From: a virus
Direction: 5' to 3' (one strand)
DNA length: 64,000 nucleotides
Virus record (IMG/VR): IMGVR_UViG_3300020119_000126
Span: 1-64,000 of that record
Shown: positions 1-8,310 of the stretch, piece by piece
Position numbering within the stretch: the stretch's first letter is position 1
Layout: each line of letters starts with the position of its first letter
The notes under the pieces: generated by a model
What the model was told of the DNA's origin: nothing
Seen by the model: only the letters and a program-made list of their open reading frames with translations
Databases searched by the model: none
Translations under genes and position numbers: made by a program

Positions 1-178
1 CGTCGCACCTACTGTTAATAGCTACAATGTGGTCGCACAACCTAGTAGCGGGTCGCGCTTTGAAATAACGGTTAAAGCCTGAACTCATCTATCTAAGGTC
101 AGGATAACCTCGTGGGGGTCATGACCCGCCTGGCACGGACCTGTGGGCAACGGCTCTATATCCTACGTCCCACGACAT

Positions 179-251
179 GGTGGTTATGGTGTAACGGTTA
201 ACACAATAGATTGTGGCTCTATTGTTCCGGGTTCAAATCCCGGTAATCACC
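179..251 (+). tRNA. tRNA-His(GUG)
   Basis: Cloverleaf: GTGGTTA/TAATCAC acceptor with G-1:C73, anticodon arm ATAGA-TTGTGGC-TCTAT, T-loop TTCAAAT; no encoded CCA. Confidence 0.92.
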
Positions 252-384
252 CTTGCAGGTAAGATAACGGCCTGGAATCCTATTCGGAACAACTCCCTTG
301 GGAGCCGTGAAGTCAGTGTTGCCAGAAGGATTGCTCCTGGGTGACGACCCAGCACGACAAGTGAGACTCGTGTAGCCTGCAAAA

Positions 385-398
385 TTCGGTATGCCGAA
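385..398. repeat. 14-bp palindrome copy 1 (TTCGGTATGCCGAA), intergenic
   Basis: Read directly; one of 15 copies. Confidence 0.95.
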
Positions 399-483
399 TT
401 CTATCTAAGTCCAAGCTAAGCTGTATCTAAGATTTTGTCACGTCCTTGTTATAATCATCGTGGAAAGACGTGACGTTTGTCAT

Positions 484-557
484 GCTCCTATAGCTCAACT
501 GGTTAGAGCACTCGCCTCTTAAGCGATAGGTTGAAGATTCGAGTTCTTCTAGGAGCA
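484..557 (+). tRNA. tRNA-Lys(CUU)
   Basis: GCTCCTA/TAGGAGC acceptor, D arm GCTC/GAGC, anticodon loop CTCTTAA, T-loop TTCGAGT. Confidence 0.9.
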
Positions 558-622
558 TTAGGTCAGGTCGGTTTCGCGAAAAAAGCAGAAAAACTGGCTG
601 AACATACCTGACCTAGTCTTAC

Positions 623-692
623 GGGGAGCTAGTTTATAGTAAAACGTTGCCTTGAACAAGCAAAGTTTGGTGGTCGTTCCATCAGCCCCCCA
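623..692 (+). tRNA. Atypical tRNA, probably Phe(GAA)
   Basis: GGGGAGC/GCCCCCC acceptor (one mismatch), anticodon loop TTGAACA, degenerate T-loop GTCGTTC. Confidence 0.5.
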
Positions 693-1261
693 CTAGACCA
701 AGATAGGTTCAAGCCAGCAGCGCAAGCTGAGACACTGGCGTCACAAATTCCGGTGATTAAAAAGGGTGAGCCGAACTGGTTCCGTCACGGGCCGTTCTGG
801 TCTATGGCACTGAACGCCTTGAAATGTCAGCGGTTTGCGGTGTCCGATAACACTGCTCATGTCCTAAATGGCATACAGTTATGCTTGACCTGTCGTAAGC
901 TTCTCGGACGAGCATGAGAGGCGACTACGTAGGCCATTGGGTGCAACTCCCGCATGGGACACTAGCGCTCCACCTTGGTGTAAAGAAAGGTCACCCATGC
1001 CTTGAAGCACGGCGGTGCTCATCACACCGTTGAACGGTAGAACTCCGTGGGCTGGACGTGAGGGCAGGGGAGTCTCATGGGCATTTGGCTCCCCTATACC
1101 ACTATGAAAGGAGTAGGTCATGCCAACTAATCTGCTTAAAGCGCGACGGTTACAGCGAGAAGTCAATAATCACATCGAAGCCAATAGCTCTGTCTTAATG
1201 CTGATTGACGTAGCACGATTGGGCCTGGCTCTCAATGAACTTGTCTCTACGATGGAGTTAT

Positions 1262-1333
1262 GCTCCCGTAGTTCAATAGTAGAACACTCCCCTTTTAAGG
1301 GACGAAATGCAAGTGCAAATCCTGTCGGGAGCA
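1262..1333 (+). tRNA. tRNA-Lys(UUU)
   Basis: GCTCCCG/CGGGAGC acceptor, anticodon loop CTTTTAA, T-loop TGCAAAT. Confidence 0.85.
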
Positions 1334-1398
1334 CACCGGGGTCAGGTAAAGGTTGAGCGCATTAAACGTAAGATAGGCGTACTTGACTCCGAATATAT

Positions 1399-1485
1399 GG
1401 AGAGATGCTAGAGTGGGAATAGGACGGTCTTGAAAACCGATGCCACGTAGCCATTCGTGCGGGGGTTCGACTCCCTCTCTCTCCT
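1399..1485 (+). tRNA. tRNA-Ser(UGA)
   Basis: GGAGAGA/TCTCTCC acceptor, loop CTTGAAA, long variable arm, T-loop TTCGACT. Confidence 0.9.
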
Positions 1486-1617
1486 CAAGGAAGCAGGTCA
1501 GATGAAGATAGCGCGATTTATCCTAGCGGTTGTCCTGTTATTGTTATTCCTGACCTTCTTCTTTATCTACGTCATATATCCAGCTAACTATTGGCCCATA
1601 ATGCCTGCGGTGTAAAC

Positions 1618-1836
1618 ATGAGCGAACTTGAAAAGCTAACCATGCAGTGGCTGGATAAGGTTCATCCAGATTATGTGGGCTTCAAGCCTTACGTGGTCGA
1701 TAGTCGTGACCCTTACCATCCAATGGCAGGTCAGTGTGTTGTCCAAGTATGGTTTAAGGACAAGCGGTCTATGGAGCTTAAGCTTGGCACCACCTATGAT
1801 GACGCGATAGAGTTTCTGAAAAGCGTCCTCAAATGA
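1618..1836 (+). CDS. Small hypothetical protein
   Basis: ORF track 1591-1836; ATG at 1618 (MSELEK) is the likelier start. Confidence 0.55.
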   Translation: MSELEKLTMQWLDKVHPDYVGFKPYVVDSRDPYHPMAGQCVVQVWFKDKRSMELKLGTTYDDAIEFLKSVLK

Positions 1837-2132
1837 ACCGAGATCAATGGCTCGACATCGCGAAGTTGGTACTCATTGTGCTCCTTCTTCTGGTTTGCAT
1901 ATATTTTGGTCTCAAAAATATGCAGGTCTGCATGGAAAAGGCAGGCACACCGTTTTGTCATGTAGTGGTTACGAAATGATGGTAGACGCAGACGAAAGCT
2001 TTAATCGGGTGTGAGATAGAGACTTCGGGACGCCGCACGGTCTCTAAGCGCACAAAAGGAGCCTCACACGGTCACTACGGCTTGAAACACTAGTCGTGTT
2101 CATTCCGTGACGAAGGGTACCTGCCATCTGAA

Positions 2133-2207
2133 ACTGATGTGACGGGAATTGGCATACCTGCACGCTGACAAAGCGGGCGTTTGGGCGTTCGAATCGCCCC
2201 ATCAGTT
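2133..2207 (+). tRNA. Atypical tRNA, anticodon ambiguous (loop TGACAAA)
   Basis: ACTGATG/CATCAGT acceptor, T arm GGGCG-TTCGAAT-CGCCC; anticodon loop lacks U33. Confidence 0.55.
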
Positions 2208-2330
2208 CTAGGTCAGTGATGTAGGTGCGGTGGTTTACCTGCGGCTTGAATAATGCCGAGCACAGACAAGACACCTACATTGAAATGAGCAACGACTACC
2301 GGAACCTGAAGTCGTTCGTTGACCTTTTAT

Positions 2331-2403
2331 GCTCCTATAGCCTAACGGCAAAGGCAACACGCTTAGGACGTGTACATTGGGGGTTCGAATCCCTCTAGGA
2401 GCA
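2331..2403 (+). tRNA. tRNA with UAG anticodon (nominal Leu), short variable loop
   Basis: ACACG-CTTAGGA-CGTGT anticodon arm, 5-nt variable region, T-loop TTCGAAT. Confidence 0.85.
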
Positions 2404-2468
2404 CAAGAGACCTGGGCATTCGCCTACTAATCCAGGCGCTTAACAAAGTTACCCCAGGTCTCTTATAT

Positions 2469-2539
2469 GCCGCTATCGTCTAATGGTAGGATACCACCCT
2501 TTCAAGGTGATGACGAGAGATCGATACTCTCTAGCGGTA
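2469..2539 (+). tRNA. tRNA-Glu(UUC)
   Basis: GCCGCTA/TAGCGGT acceptor, loop CTTTCAA. Confidence 0.85.
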
Positions 2540-2625
2540 CAAGGTCTCTGACTGGGATAGAGAAAGTTCAGACGGGTAACCGAGGGAGTCCTAATATAGC
2601 GCAAGCCTGACTCCCTGACCTTCAT

Positions 2626-2698
2626 GCTCCTATCGTCTAATCGGTAAAGATCGCTGACCCTCACTCAGCAGTTTGGGGTTCGAGTCCCCATGGGAGCG
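2626..2698 (+). tRNA. tRNA-Glu(CUC)
   Basis: GCTGA-CCCTCAC-TCAGC anticodon arm, T-loop TTCGAGT. Confidence 0.85.
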
Positions 2699-2701
2699 CT
2701 T

Positions 2702-2774
2702 GGTTCCATAGTGTAGTGGTCTAACACGACACCCTGTCACGGTGTTATGCAGGGTTCAAATCCCTGTGGAACCG
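2702..2774 (+). tRNA. tRNA-Asp(GUC)
   Basis: GGTTCCA/TGGAACC acceptor, ACACC-CTGTCAC-GGTGT. Confidence 0.92.
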
Positions 2775-2866
2775 CAGTAAGGTAGGCTTTGAAGTGCGCT
2801 TCAGTCCTGACGGATAATCGCGTGGGGCAGTGTATGAGGTCAGGATATGCCTACCAGCCCCCATTT

Positions 2867-2880
2867 TTCGGCATGCCGAA
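2867..2880. repeat. 14-bp palindrome copy 2 (TTCGGCATGCCGAA), just upstream of an RBS
   Basis: Read directly. Confidence 0.95.
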
Positions 2881-2897
2881 TTTAAAGGATACCACCT

Positions 2898-3302
2898 ATG
2901 AAAGTATTTCTTGACCATATCCCACTCAAATATAAAGATACCTTCGTAGCTGAAGTAACCTTTATGTTTGGCGATGGTGATTTTTATGAGCATGTTGAGG
3001 TTGTCTTAGGCAATCAGGACAGGCTCGTCAGCTTTGTTGACCTATTGAAAAATTTACCTAACCGCCTGGAAGGGTCAGACAAGCTACCACCTATTTTCTT
3101 CGATTTCTTCTCTAATCGTGCTCCTAGCTTCGAGAATGTTTTCCAGAGCGAACTTCAGGCAGGCCAAGACATGTGGTCATGGGAAAATCTATGGCCTGAA
3201 GATAAAACCTGCTCAAATTGCGGATATGCTGAAGAAGCTGGCTACAAACTGTTCTACTACAACGCCGAAGGCGAAAAATGGTCAGTGAGAATTGTTGAAT
3301 GA
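2898..3302 (+). CDS. Hypothetical protein
   Basis: 134-aa ORF, AAGGA RBS. Confidence 0.7.
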   Translation: MKVFLDHIPLKYKDTFVAEVTFMFGDGDFYEHVEVVLGNQDRLVSFVDLLKNLPNRLEGSDKLPPIFFDFFSNRAPSFENVFQSELQAGQDMWSWENLWPEDKTCSNCGYAEEAGYKLFYYNAEGEKWSVRIVE

Positions 3303-3315
3303 TAAGGAGTAAGAC

Positions 3316-3504
3316 ATGATAATCGGTAATACGCTACTACTCGCTCTTGGAGCCTCTTTACTAGGTAATGTCGTTCGTTTCGCCGTCCACAAACTGACCA
3401 ACACGGCCTATACTGAACCACTCTGGTTCTTCGTGGCAATGTGGCTTGGCCTAGCTGTATCTCTGTTTATCATGGCCTCTGGCCCCTTAGTGATTGGCAA
3501 ATAA
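3316..3504 (+). CDS. Small membrane protein
   Basis: Two hydrophobic segments, AAGGAG RBS. Confidence 0.7.
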   Translation: MIIGNTLLLALGASLLGNVVRFAVHKLTNTAYTEPLWFFVAMWLGLAVSLFIMASGPLVIGK

Positions 3505-4206
3505 ATGAAGCCTTACTCAAGCATTGAAACGCTCTACGTTCGCAGTAAAGAGACCAACAAGCTGGACTTTAGCCAGATCAGAAGCCCTGAATGGGAAGCG
3601 GTCAGAGATTGGTGCTTCACTGAGAAGGTAGACGGCACTAACATCCGGGTCATCGTGACCAACCAGGATATTACGGTCAAGGGCCGCAGCGACAATGCTA
3701 CTCTACCACCTGGCATCAAGGATGCAGTCTTTGCTATGTTCAATCACGAACGGATCATCGAACACTTCAAAGAAGGCAAACCGAATGCTATTCTGCCTGA
3801 CGATTGGTGTGTAACCTTCTATGGCGAGGGCTATGGGCCTGGCATCAAAGGGTCTGACCCGATGCAGTACAAGCCCCAGGGAGCTAAGAAAGGCTTCCGC
3901 TGCTTTGACATTAAGTTCGGCGGGCCAGAAAGCAATCACTGGTGTGATATAGAGCAGTGGCAATACCTATGTATCAACTTGGGCATTCTGCCAGTCAATC
4001 TCATCGGTTGGTATAGCGAACCACTTCCAACTGGTCGCGATGCAGCCTATAATATGATGCAAACCTATCTGCCCCGGTCATACTGTGCCCTGGAAGATGG
4101 TGGCACACAGGAACATGGCGAAGGCTTTGTCGCCCGTCCTGAGTACCCACTCTTTAACCGTTGGGGCGAACGCCTGATCTTTAAGCTAACACGGAGAGAA
4201 TTCTAA
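3505..4206 (+). CDS. ATP-dependent RNA ligase (Rnl2-like)
   Basis: Motif I EKVDGTN, YGEGYG, FDI, GEGFV, C-terminal IFKL. Confidence 0.88.
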   Translation: MKPYSSIETLYVRSKETNKLDFSQIRSPEWEAVRDWCFTEKVDGTNIRVIVTNQDITVKGRSDNATLPPGIKDAVFAMFNHERIIEHFKEGKPNAILPDDWCVTFYGEGYGPGIKGSDPMQYKPQGAKKGFRCFDIKFGGPESNHWCDIEQWQYLCINLGILPVNLIGWYSEPLPTGRDAAYNMMQTYLPRSYCALEDGGTQEHGEGFVARPEYPLFNRWGERLIFKLTRREF

Positions 4207-4481
4207 TGGACAACCTCACACCCGGCGAAGTCAACTATGCCGCCTATCGTGCAAAACGCAATGGCAAGACCTTCGATGGTCGCGAAGCCCCCACCTGGGC
4301 ACAGCTTGACCCGGACATCAAAGAAGGCTGGGAAGTTGGCGCAAGGGCAGTCATTGCTGACTATAATTCCATGCGCGAGGATACGGCCTTAACAGCGGGC
4401 CTGCCTTCTACTCTCGACGACGAAGGCACCAGCGACCCTGAGCAAGAAGTCTACGGCGGGAGCGAAGATAGTGGGGTATGA
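4206..4481 (+). CDS. Hypothetical protein
   Basis: TAATG coupling to the ligase gene. Confidence 0.7.
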   Translation: MDNLTPGEVNYAAYRAKRNGKTFDGREAPTWAQLDPDIKEGWEVGARAVIADYNSMREDTALTAGLPSTLDDEGTSDPEQEVYGGSEDSGV

Positions 4482-4692
4482 GCCAGACTGGGTCAAGCTT
4501 GATGAGGCCCATAAAGGTCTCAAGAAAGTAGCACGTGCCCTTGAGATGAAAGACGCTATCCTACGTGAAATCCATGCTCTCTTGGACAACGCACTCAGGG
4601 CCAGCGAGGTCAACGAAGACCTACCTCTGACCATCAGCCTGATCATGAAGGCTTATGAGATGGTCGATGCCGAGCTAGGTCATCCCAAGTAA
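4471..4692 (+). CDS. Hypothetical helical protein
   Basis: Overlapping ORF in operon. Confidence 0.55.
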   Translation: MGYEPDWVKLDEAHKGLKKVARALEMKDAILREIHALLDNALRASEVNEDLPLTISLIMKAYEMVDAELGHPK

Positions 4693-4697
4693 GCAGC

Positions 4698-4768
4698 GCC
4701 TTCTTAGTTCAGCGGCAGAATAACTGATTTGTAATCAGTTGACCTGAGTTCAAATCTCAGAGAAGGCT
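4698..4768 (+). tRNA. tRNA-Thr(UGU)
   Basis: GCCTTCT/AGAAGGC acceptor, ACTGA-TTTGTAA-TCAGT. Confidence 0.9.
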
Positions 4769-4781
4769 TATAGGAGATATC

Positions 4782-5210
4782 ATGATCATAGACACTTTCG
4801 TTCCTTATATCATCGAAGACAAGCGCTACGCTGTCTATATTGCTTTCGCCCTGGAAGGTCATCGCTGCCCGCTTTGTGGTGTGGTCATGATCCCCAAAGT
4901 TGGAAATGGCTTTCCACTCTATAACCTTTATACCCAAACTGAACAGGTCAAGAAGGCACGGCTGAAGTTTGAGGGCTTGGCCTCACCAGTTTATGGTGAC
5001 CAGGTGTTATGTGAAGACTGTAGCAAGACCGAGGTCAAGTTTCAGTGCTCCCACTGTGAGCAGACCCAAGGTATGGACCAAGTCAAGCAGATGATTGGTG
5101 CTGATCCGGCTGATTATCTTTGTCTGACCTGTTTCAAGACAGTCACCGCAGAGAAGTGGGAAGACCTGGTTGACGAGTTACGTGAGCGCCATCGCTACGA
5201 TTACGAATAG
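4782..5210 (+). CDS. Zinc-finger protein (four CxxC)
   Basis: CPLC, CEDC, CSHC, CLTC; AGGAG RBS. Confidence 0.75.
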   Translation: MIIDTFVPYIIEDKRYAVYIAFALEGHRCPLCGVVMIPKVGNGFPLYNLYTQTEQVKKARLKFEGLASPVYGDQVLCEDCSKTEVKFQCSHCEQTQGMDQVKQMIGADPADYLCLTCFKTVTAEKWEDLVDELRERHRYDYE

Positions 5211-5216
5211 TATCAT

Positions 5217-5288
5217 GCGGCAGTAGTTCAGGGGTAGAACACCAGCTTGCCAAGTTGGTTGTCGTGGGTTCGAATCCCACTTGCCGCT
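5217..5288 (+). tRNA. tRNA-Gly(GCC)
   Basis: GCGGCAG/TTGCCGC acceptor, CCAGC-TTGCCAA-GTTGG. Confidence 0.92.
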
Positions 5289-5308
5289 CTAGCCATTCTT
5301 ATGGCGAA

Positions 5309-5377
5309 CTCTCTGTAGCTTAATGCAAAGCACTGGCCTTGTAGCCAGAAATGTAGGTTCAATTCCTGCCAGAGAGT
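5309..5377 (+). tRNA. Atypical tRNA with 6-nt anticodon loop (CTTGTA)
   Basis: CTCTCTG/CAGAGAG acceptor, CTGGC/GCCAG stem, T-loop TTCAATT. Confidence 0.55.
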
Positions 5378-5382
5378 TTGGA

Positions 5383-5474
5383 CTTCCTGTAGCTTAACGA
5401 GGGCAAAGCGTAGATAGTGCGCGTCCTGCCAGGAGCCTATCTAACTGATGTGGGGGCAGTACCCACCAGGAAGT
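5383..5474 (+). ncRNA. tRNA-like RNA with extended anticodon arm
   Basis: CTTCCTG/CAGGAAG acceptor, GCTT/AAGC D stem, TAGATAG/CTATCTA stem enclosing a further hairpin, GTGGG/CCCAC T stem. Confidence 0.55.
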
Positions 5475-5477
5475 TTT

Positions 5478-5707
5478 GGACGCTGAAAAGGGCCGATTAA
5501 AGAAGCCTAAGCCCGCGACGAATAAGGGGAACACAGACCCCGAAATAAACCCAGTCCGTAAAGGCGTGACCTGAATTGACAGGTCAGTGGTCAGTATGCC
5601 GACCAGAAGTAACTGGTGATCCCAGCTTGCCGTAACTGGCTCTATGGCAGGCACTAGGTTGTCAGGCAGGCAATGACCCCACTCTAAAGCCTAAGCGCTC
5701 AGCGTCC
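5478..5707 (+). ncRNA. Putative ~230-nt structured RNA
   Basis: GGACGCTGA/TCAGCGTCC terminal stem followed by a T6 tract; internal hairpins; no credible ORF. Confidence 0.45.
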
Positions 5708-5734
5708 TTTTTTATCTAGTTCAAGGAGTCTCTC

Positions 5735-6001
5735 ATGAAGGTTCGTGCCAAGTTTCGTTGCACATCCATGCGTATGTATGAAAATAATGTCTGGAAAGAC
5801 GGCAAGCCTCAGCCCGGCTTTACCTACGCCTATGAATTCCAGGCAGTTACCGGAGGTTTCGGCAACTCAGAGAACGATGCGTTCTTTGCCTCAACGCCTA
5901 CAGGCAACCTGACCCTTGGTTCAGTGCGTGATGACCTGTTCGTGCCAGGTAAGGAATACTATCTGGACTTCACCATGGCTGTGCCAGTCATTGCCCAATG
6001 A
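5735..6001 (+). CDS. Phage hypothetical protein
   Basis: VRAKFRC...FFASTPTG...FVPGKEYYLDF pattern; AAGGAG RBS. Confidence 0.75.
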   Translation: MKVRAKFRCTSMRMYENNVWKDGKPQPGFTYAYEFQAVTGGFGNSENDAFFASTPTGNLTLGSVRDDLFVPGKEYYLDFTMAVPVIAQ

Positions 6002-6243
6002 AGGGCTTAGGACTGGGCCGCATTGTCCATTACGTGATGCCTAACGGTGAGCATCGGGCGGCTATTGTGACCAAGGTCAGTGATAAGGAAGCAGGCATTG
6101 TCTGCCTGCATGTCTTTGTGATGTTTGCTGAAGCCGTACAAGGCTGGCAGTCAACCAGTCCCAATGCTGGCAATGCAATTAGTGTTGACTATAGCGAGAC
6201 TCCTGAGACTGACACCTGGCACTGGCCGGAGTACGTAGAATGA
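5998..6243 (+). CDS. Phage hypothetical protein
   Basis: GRIVHYV...RAAIVT...WHWP pattern; ATGA coupling. Confidence 0.75.
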   Translation: MKGLGLGRIVHYVMPNGEHRAAIVTKVSDKEAGIVCLHVFVMFAEAVQGWQSTSPNAGNAISVDYSETPETDTWHWPEYVE

Positions 6244-6467
6244 GACTCGTTCTTTCTATCCCACCTGACCTGAAGGTCAAAGAAGTCCTGGTCAGACCAC
6301 CTGAGACTGACTTTGACCCGCCAGGTATCCTGGTTGTCATGGAAGACGGGAAGAAGATTCCCGTCAAAATGCCAATCTTTTGGGATTACTTTTGGGAAAA
6401 AGGTTACGAGCGCGAAGAAAATGAGGCAGCTATCTGGCGCTGGGTCAGATATGTATTGGAGAGTTGA
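6240..6467 (+). CDS. Hypothetical protein
   Basis: ATGA coupling. Confidence 0.6.
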   Translation: MRLVLSIPPDLKVKEVLVRPPETDFDPPGILVVMEDGKKIPVKMPIFWDYFWEKGYEREENEAAIWRWVRYVLES

Positions 6468-6657
6468 CAGAGCCTGGCAATGTGCTGGTTTGCTAAACCA
6501 GAGCCACCCTAACGGGTGCGTGCGTCCGAATCGCACACTCTCCGCTATAAGAAAGGTCAAGTAATGCTTTTTCGCTTTATTCGCTGGCTTCTCCGTATGA
6601 AGCCTGTTACTTACTGGAAGCGTGACGGCTCCTGGGTCGAACGCTAAGGAGATACCA

Positions 6658-6900
6658 ATGCCTAAAGTGACTGGCCCCAAGGGTTATATTACCGTTCAGG
6701 AAGCAGCCCGCAGCCTCTGGAAAGACCGGGCTATCAGCAGTGTGACCTCAGATTGCGTGGGCACCTGGGTACGCCGCGCCTGCAAAGATGGACTCATTCC
6801 CTTCATCGAGCAACCGATTGGCGACCCACATTCGGCAAGCCGAATTGCCAAGCTGGTCAAGATGAGCGATGTCGTGAAGTGGTGGGACACCAATGAGTGA
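6658..6900 (+). CDS. Excisionase/MerR-type HTH protein; contains palindrome copy 3 (6831-6844)
   Basis: YITVQEAA...WVRRAC..GLIP; AAGGAG RBS before ATG 6658. Confidence 0.6.
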   Translation: MPKVTGPKGYITVQEAARSLWKDRAISSVTSDCVGTWVRRACKDGLIPFIEQPIGDPHSASRIAKLVKMSDVVKWWDTNE

Positions 6901-7267
6901 CTGGAAGACCGCCGCCATTGCAGCCCGCAAGGAATATGAACGTCTGAGCAAGCTTGCCACAAAGCTCCATCAGGAAAGTTTCTTTAATCAGCGCCTATGG
7001 AAGCTAGGCATTCAGCCTGATAGCTATGGTGGGCGAATGCCCAAGAGCTTTGGTGAAGTCACTGCCTTTGTGGGCGAATTTGCTTTCGAATGGTGGGCTG
7101 ATAGAAGTGGCAATGCCGCAGATGGCTCCATCCACATGTGGATCAGATGCAAGCAGTGCAATAAGTATCTGCCTCTTGGCTCTATTCATGACCTGGCTGA
7201 TGTTGGCTATCGGCTACTCAACTGGCGCAATGACACTCAATGGCACAAGTGCGATGAACAAGGGTAA
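6893..7267 (+). CDS. Hypothetical protein
   Basis: 124-aa overlapping ORF with CxxC. Confidence 0.6.
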   Translation: MSDWKTAAIAARKEYERLSKLATKLHQESFFNQRLWKLGIQPDSYGGRMPKSFGEVTAFVGEFAFEWWADRSGNAADGSIHMWIRCKQCNKYLPLGSIHDLADVGYRLLNWRNDTQWHKCDEQG

Positions 7268-7643
7268 CCAGCGCTGTGTACGCTGTGGCGATCCTCACTG
7301 GGGTAACTACGGCAATCTATGTAAGATATGCCATAAGGTCAGGCCATTGGCAGTGGCTGGTAAGAAGGCTGCCGTCCCTGGGGTTTACCTCATTCAGTTT
7401 CTCCACTGGTATAAGATAGGCTGCTCGTCAGACCTTGACCTGCGTATTCGCAATCTAGAAGCCCACTTACCTGATGAGTTGGCGATTATCCATATCTGGC
7501 CCTGTCGGAATTACCGCCGACTAGAGCAGCGCTTCCATAACACCTTTCGGGCCAAAAGGGTCAAGGGTGAATGGTTTGTCCTGACGGACGACGATGTGAA
7601 ATTCTTGCAGAGCGTGAGTACCAAAGGTTATGGTGAGCTATGA
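7254..7643 (+). CDS. GIY-YIG-superfamily (T5orf172/MUG113-like) protein
   Basis: GVYLI...YKIGCS..L..R...E..FH..F...RVKGEWF. Confidence 0.8.
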   Translation: MNKGNQRCVRCGDPHWGNYGNLCKICHKVRPLAVAGKKAAVPGVYLIQFLHWYKIGCSSDLDLRIRNLEAHLPDELAIIHIWPCRNYRRLEQRFHNTFRAKRVKGEWFVLTDDDVKFLQSVSTKGYGEL

Positions 7644-8170
7644 ATGATGAACTCAAAGGCTTAGTCGATGCAGTTCTGGCTAATGCCCGTATTGAAGGAC
7701 CAAATGATCTTGATATACGCTGGTCCTGGGAACCCGATAGACTTATCGTTACCGTCTGGCTCAAGGATGAACGGACAGAACTGCGCAAGATACGAGAGCG
7801 CATTGCTATCAAGGTTGGTGTCTACCCGGATGACGGCAACAAGCATTCGACTTATTATCTTCTGACCCAACTCATCGACACACTTGAGAAGGCCGAAACC
7901 TACATGAACACCAAGCATCGGGAGTGGGAAAACGAAGGTTGGGGCAAGATGCAAAGCGCCCTGATGCTGGCAAACCAGCAGTTGAGGCTGCGGGCCTTGG
8001 GTGAGGAGTATGCCCGCAAGAAAACCGAACGCTTGTTAGAGTTAATGACTCCCCACATTGAGCCGCATAAGCTATTGCAGGTCATGATGAGGCTGAACAA
8101 TGAAATACCCCTCTATACACCGCCAGAAGTTACGGCCAACCCTCATGATGAGGTTGACGAACCTGCTTAG
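7640..8170 (+). CDS. Hypothetical protein
   Basis: 176-aa ORF, ATGA coupling. Confidence 0.65.
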   Translation: MNDELKGLVDAVLANARIEGPNDLDIRWSWEPDRLIVTVWLKDERTELRKIRERIAIKVGVYPDDGNKHSTYYLLTQLIDTLEKAETYMNTKHREWENEGWGKMQSALMLANQQLRLRALGEEYARKKTERLLELMTPHIEPHKLLQVMMRLNNEIPLYTPPEVTANPHDEVDEPA

Positions 8171-8310
8171 CTGGCTGGGATTTATTGCTTTTATCCTGCT
8201 TGGCTTGACCTGCCTGGTGGTGTATTGGCTTCATTTGACAACCTGAAATCATAATGTACCAACCTATAGCGCTGTATCTCACAGCGCTTTTTTTATCACC
8301 GAGGTTCACC

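Noticed and set aside
48-2855. Hammerhead or HDV/theta ribozyme calls for the tRNA spacers
   Set aside because: No CUGANGA/GAAA core found, and the end-to-end pairing differs from the HDV pseudoknot; a computational search is still needed
879-2993. Short ORFs across the tRNA array (879-1166, 1120-1356, 2044-2274, 2473-2664, 2745-2993)
   Set aside because: They overlap tRNAs or structured elements and lack RBS or motifs
1-5500. Amber, ochre or opal suppressor tRNA
   Set aside because: No tRNA with a CUA, UUA or UCA anticodon; the TAG and TGA anticodon triplets decode Leu and Ser codons
8254-8310. Longer N-terminus or intein in nrdJ
   Set aside because: GAGG RBS supports ATG 8311; no intein motifs seen
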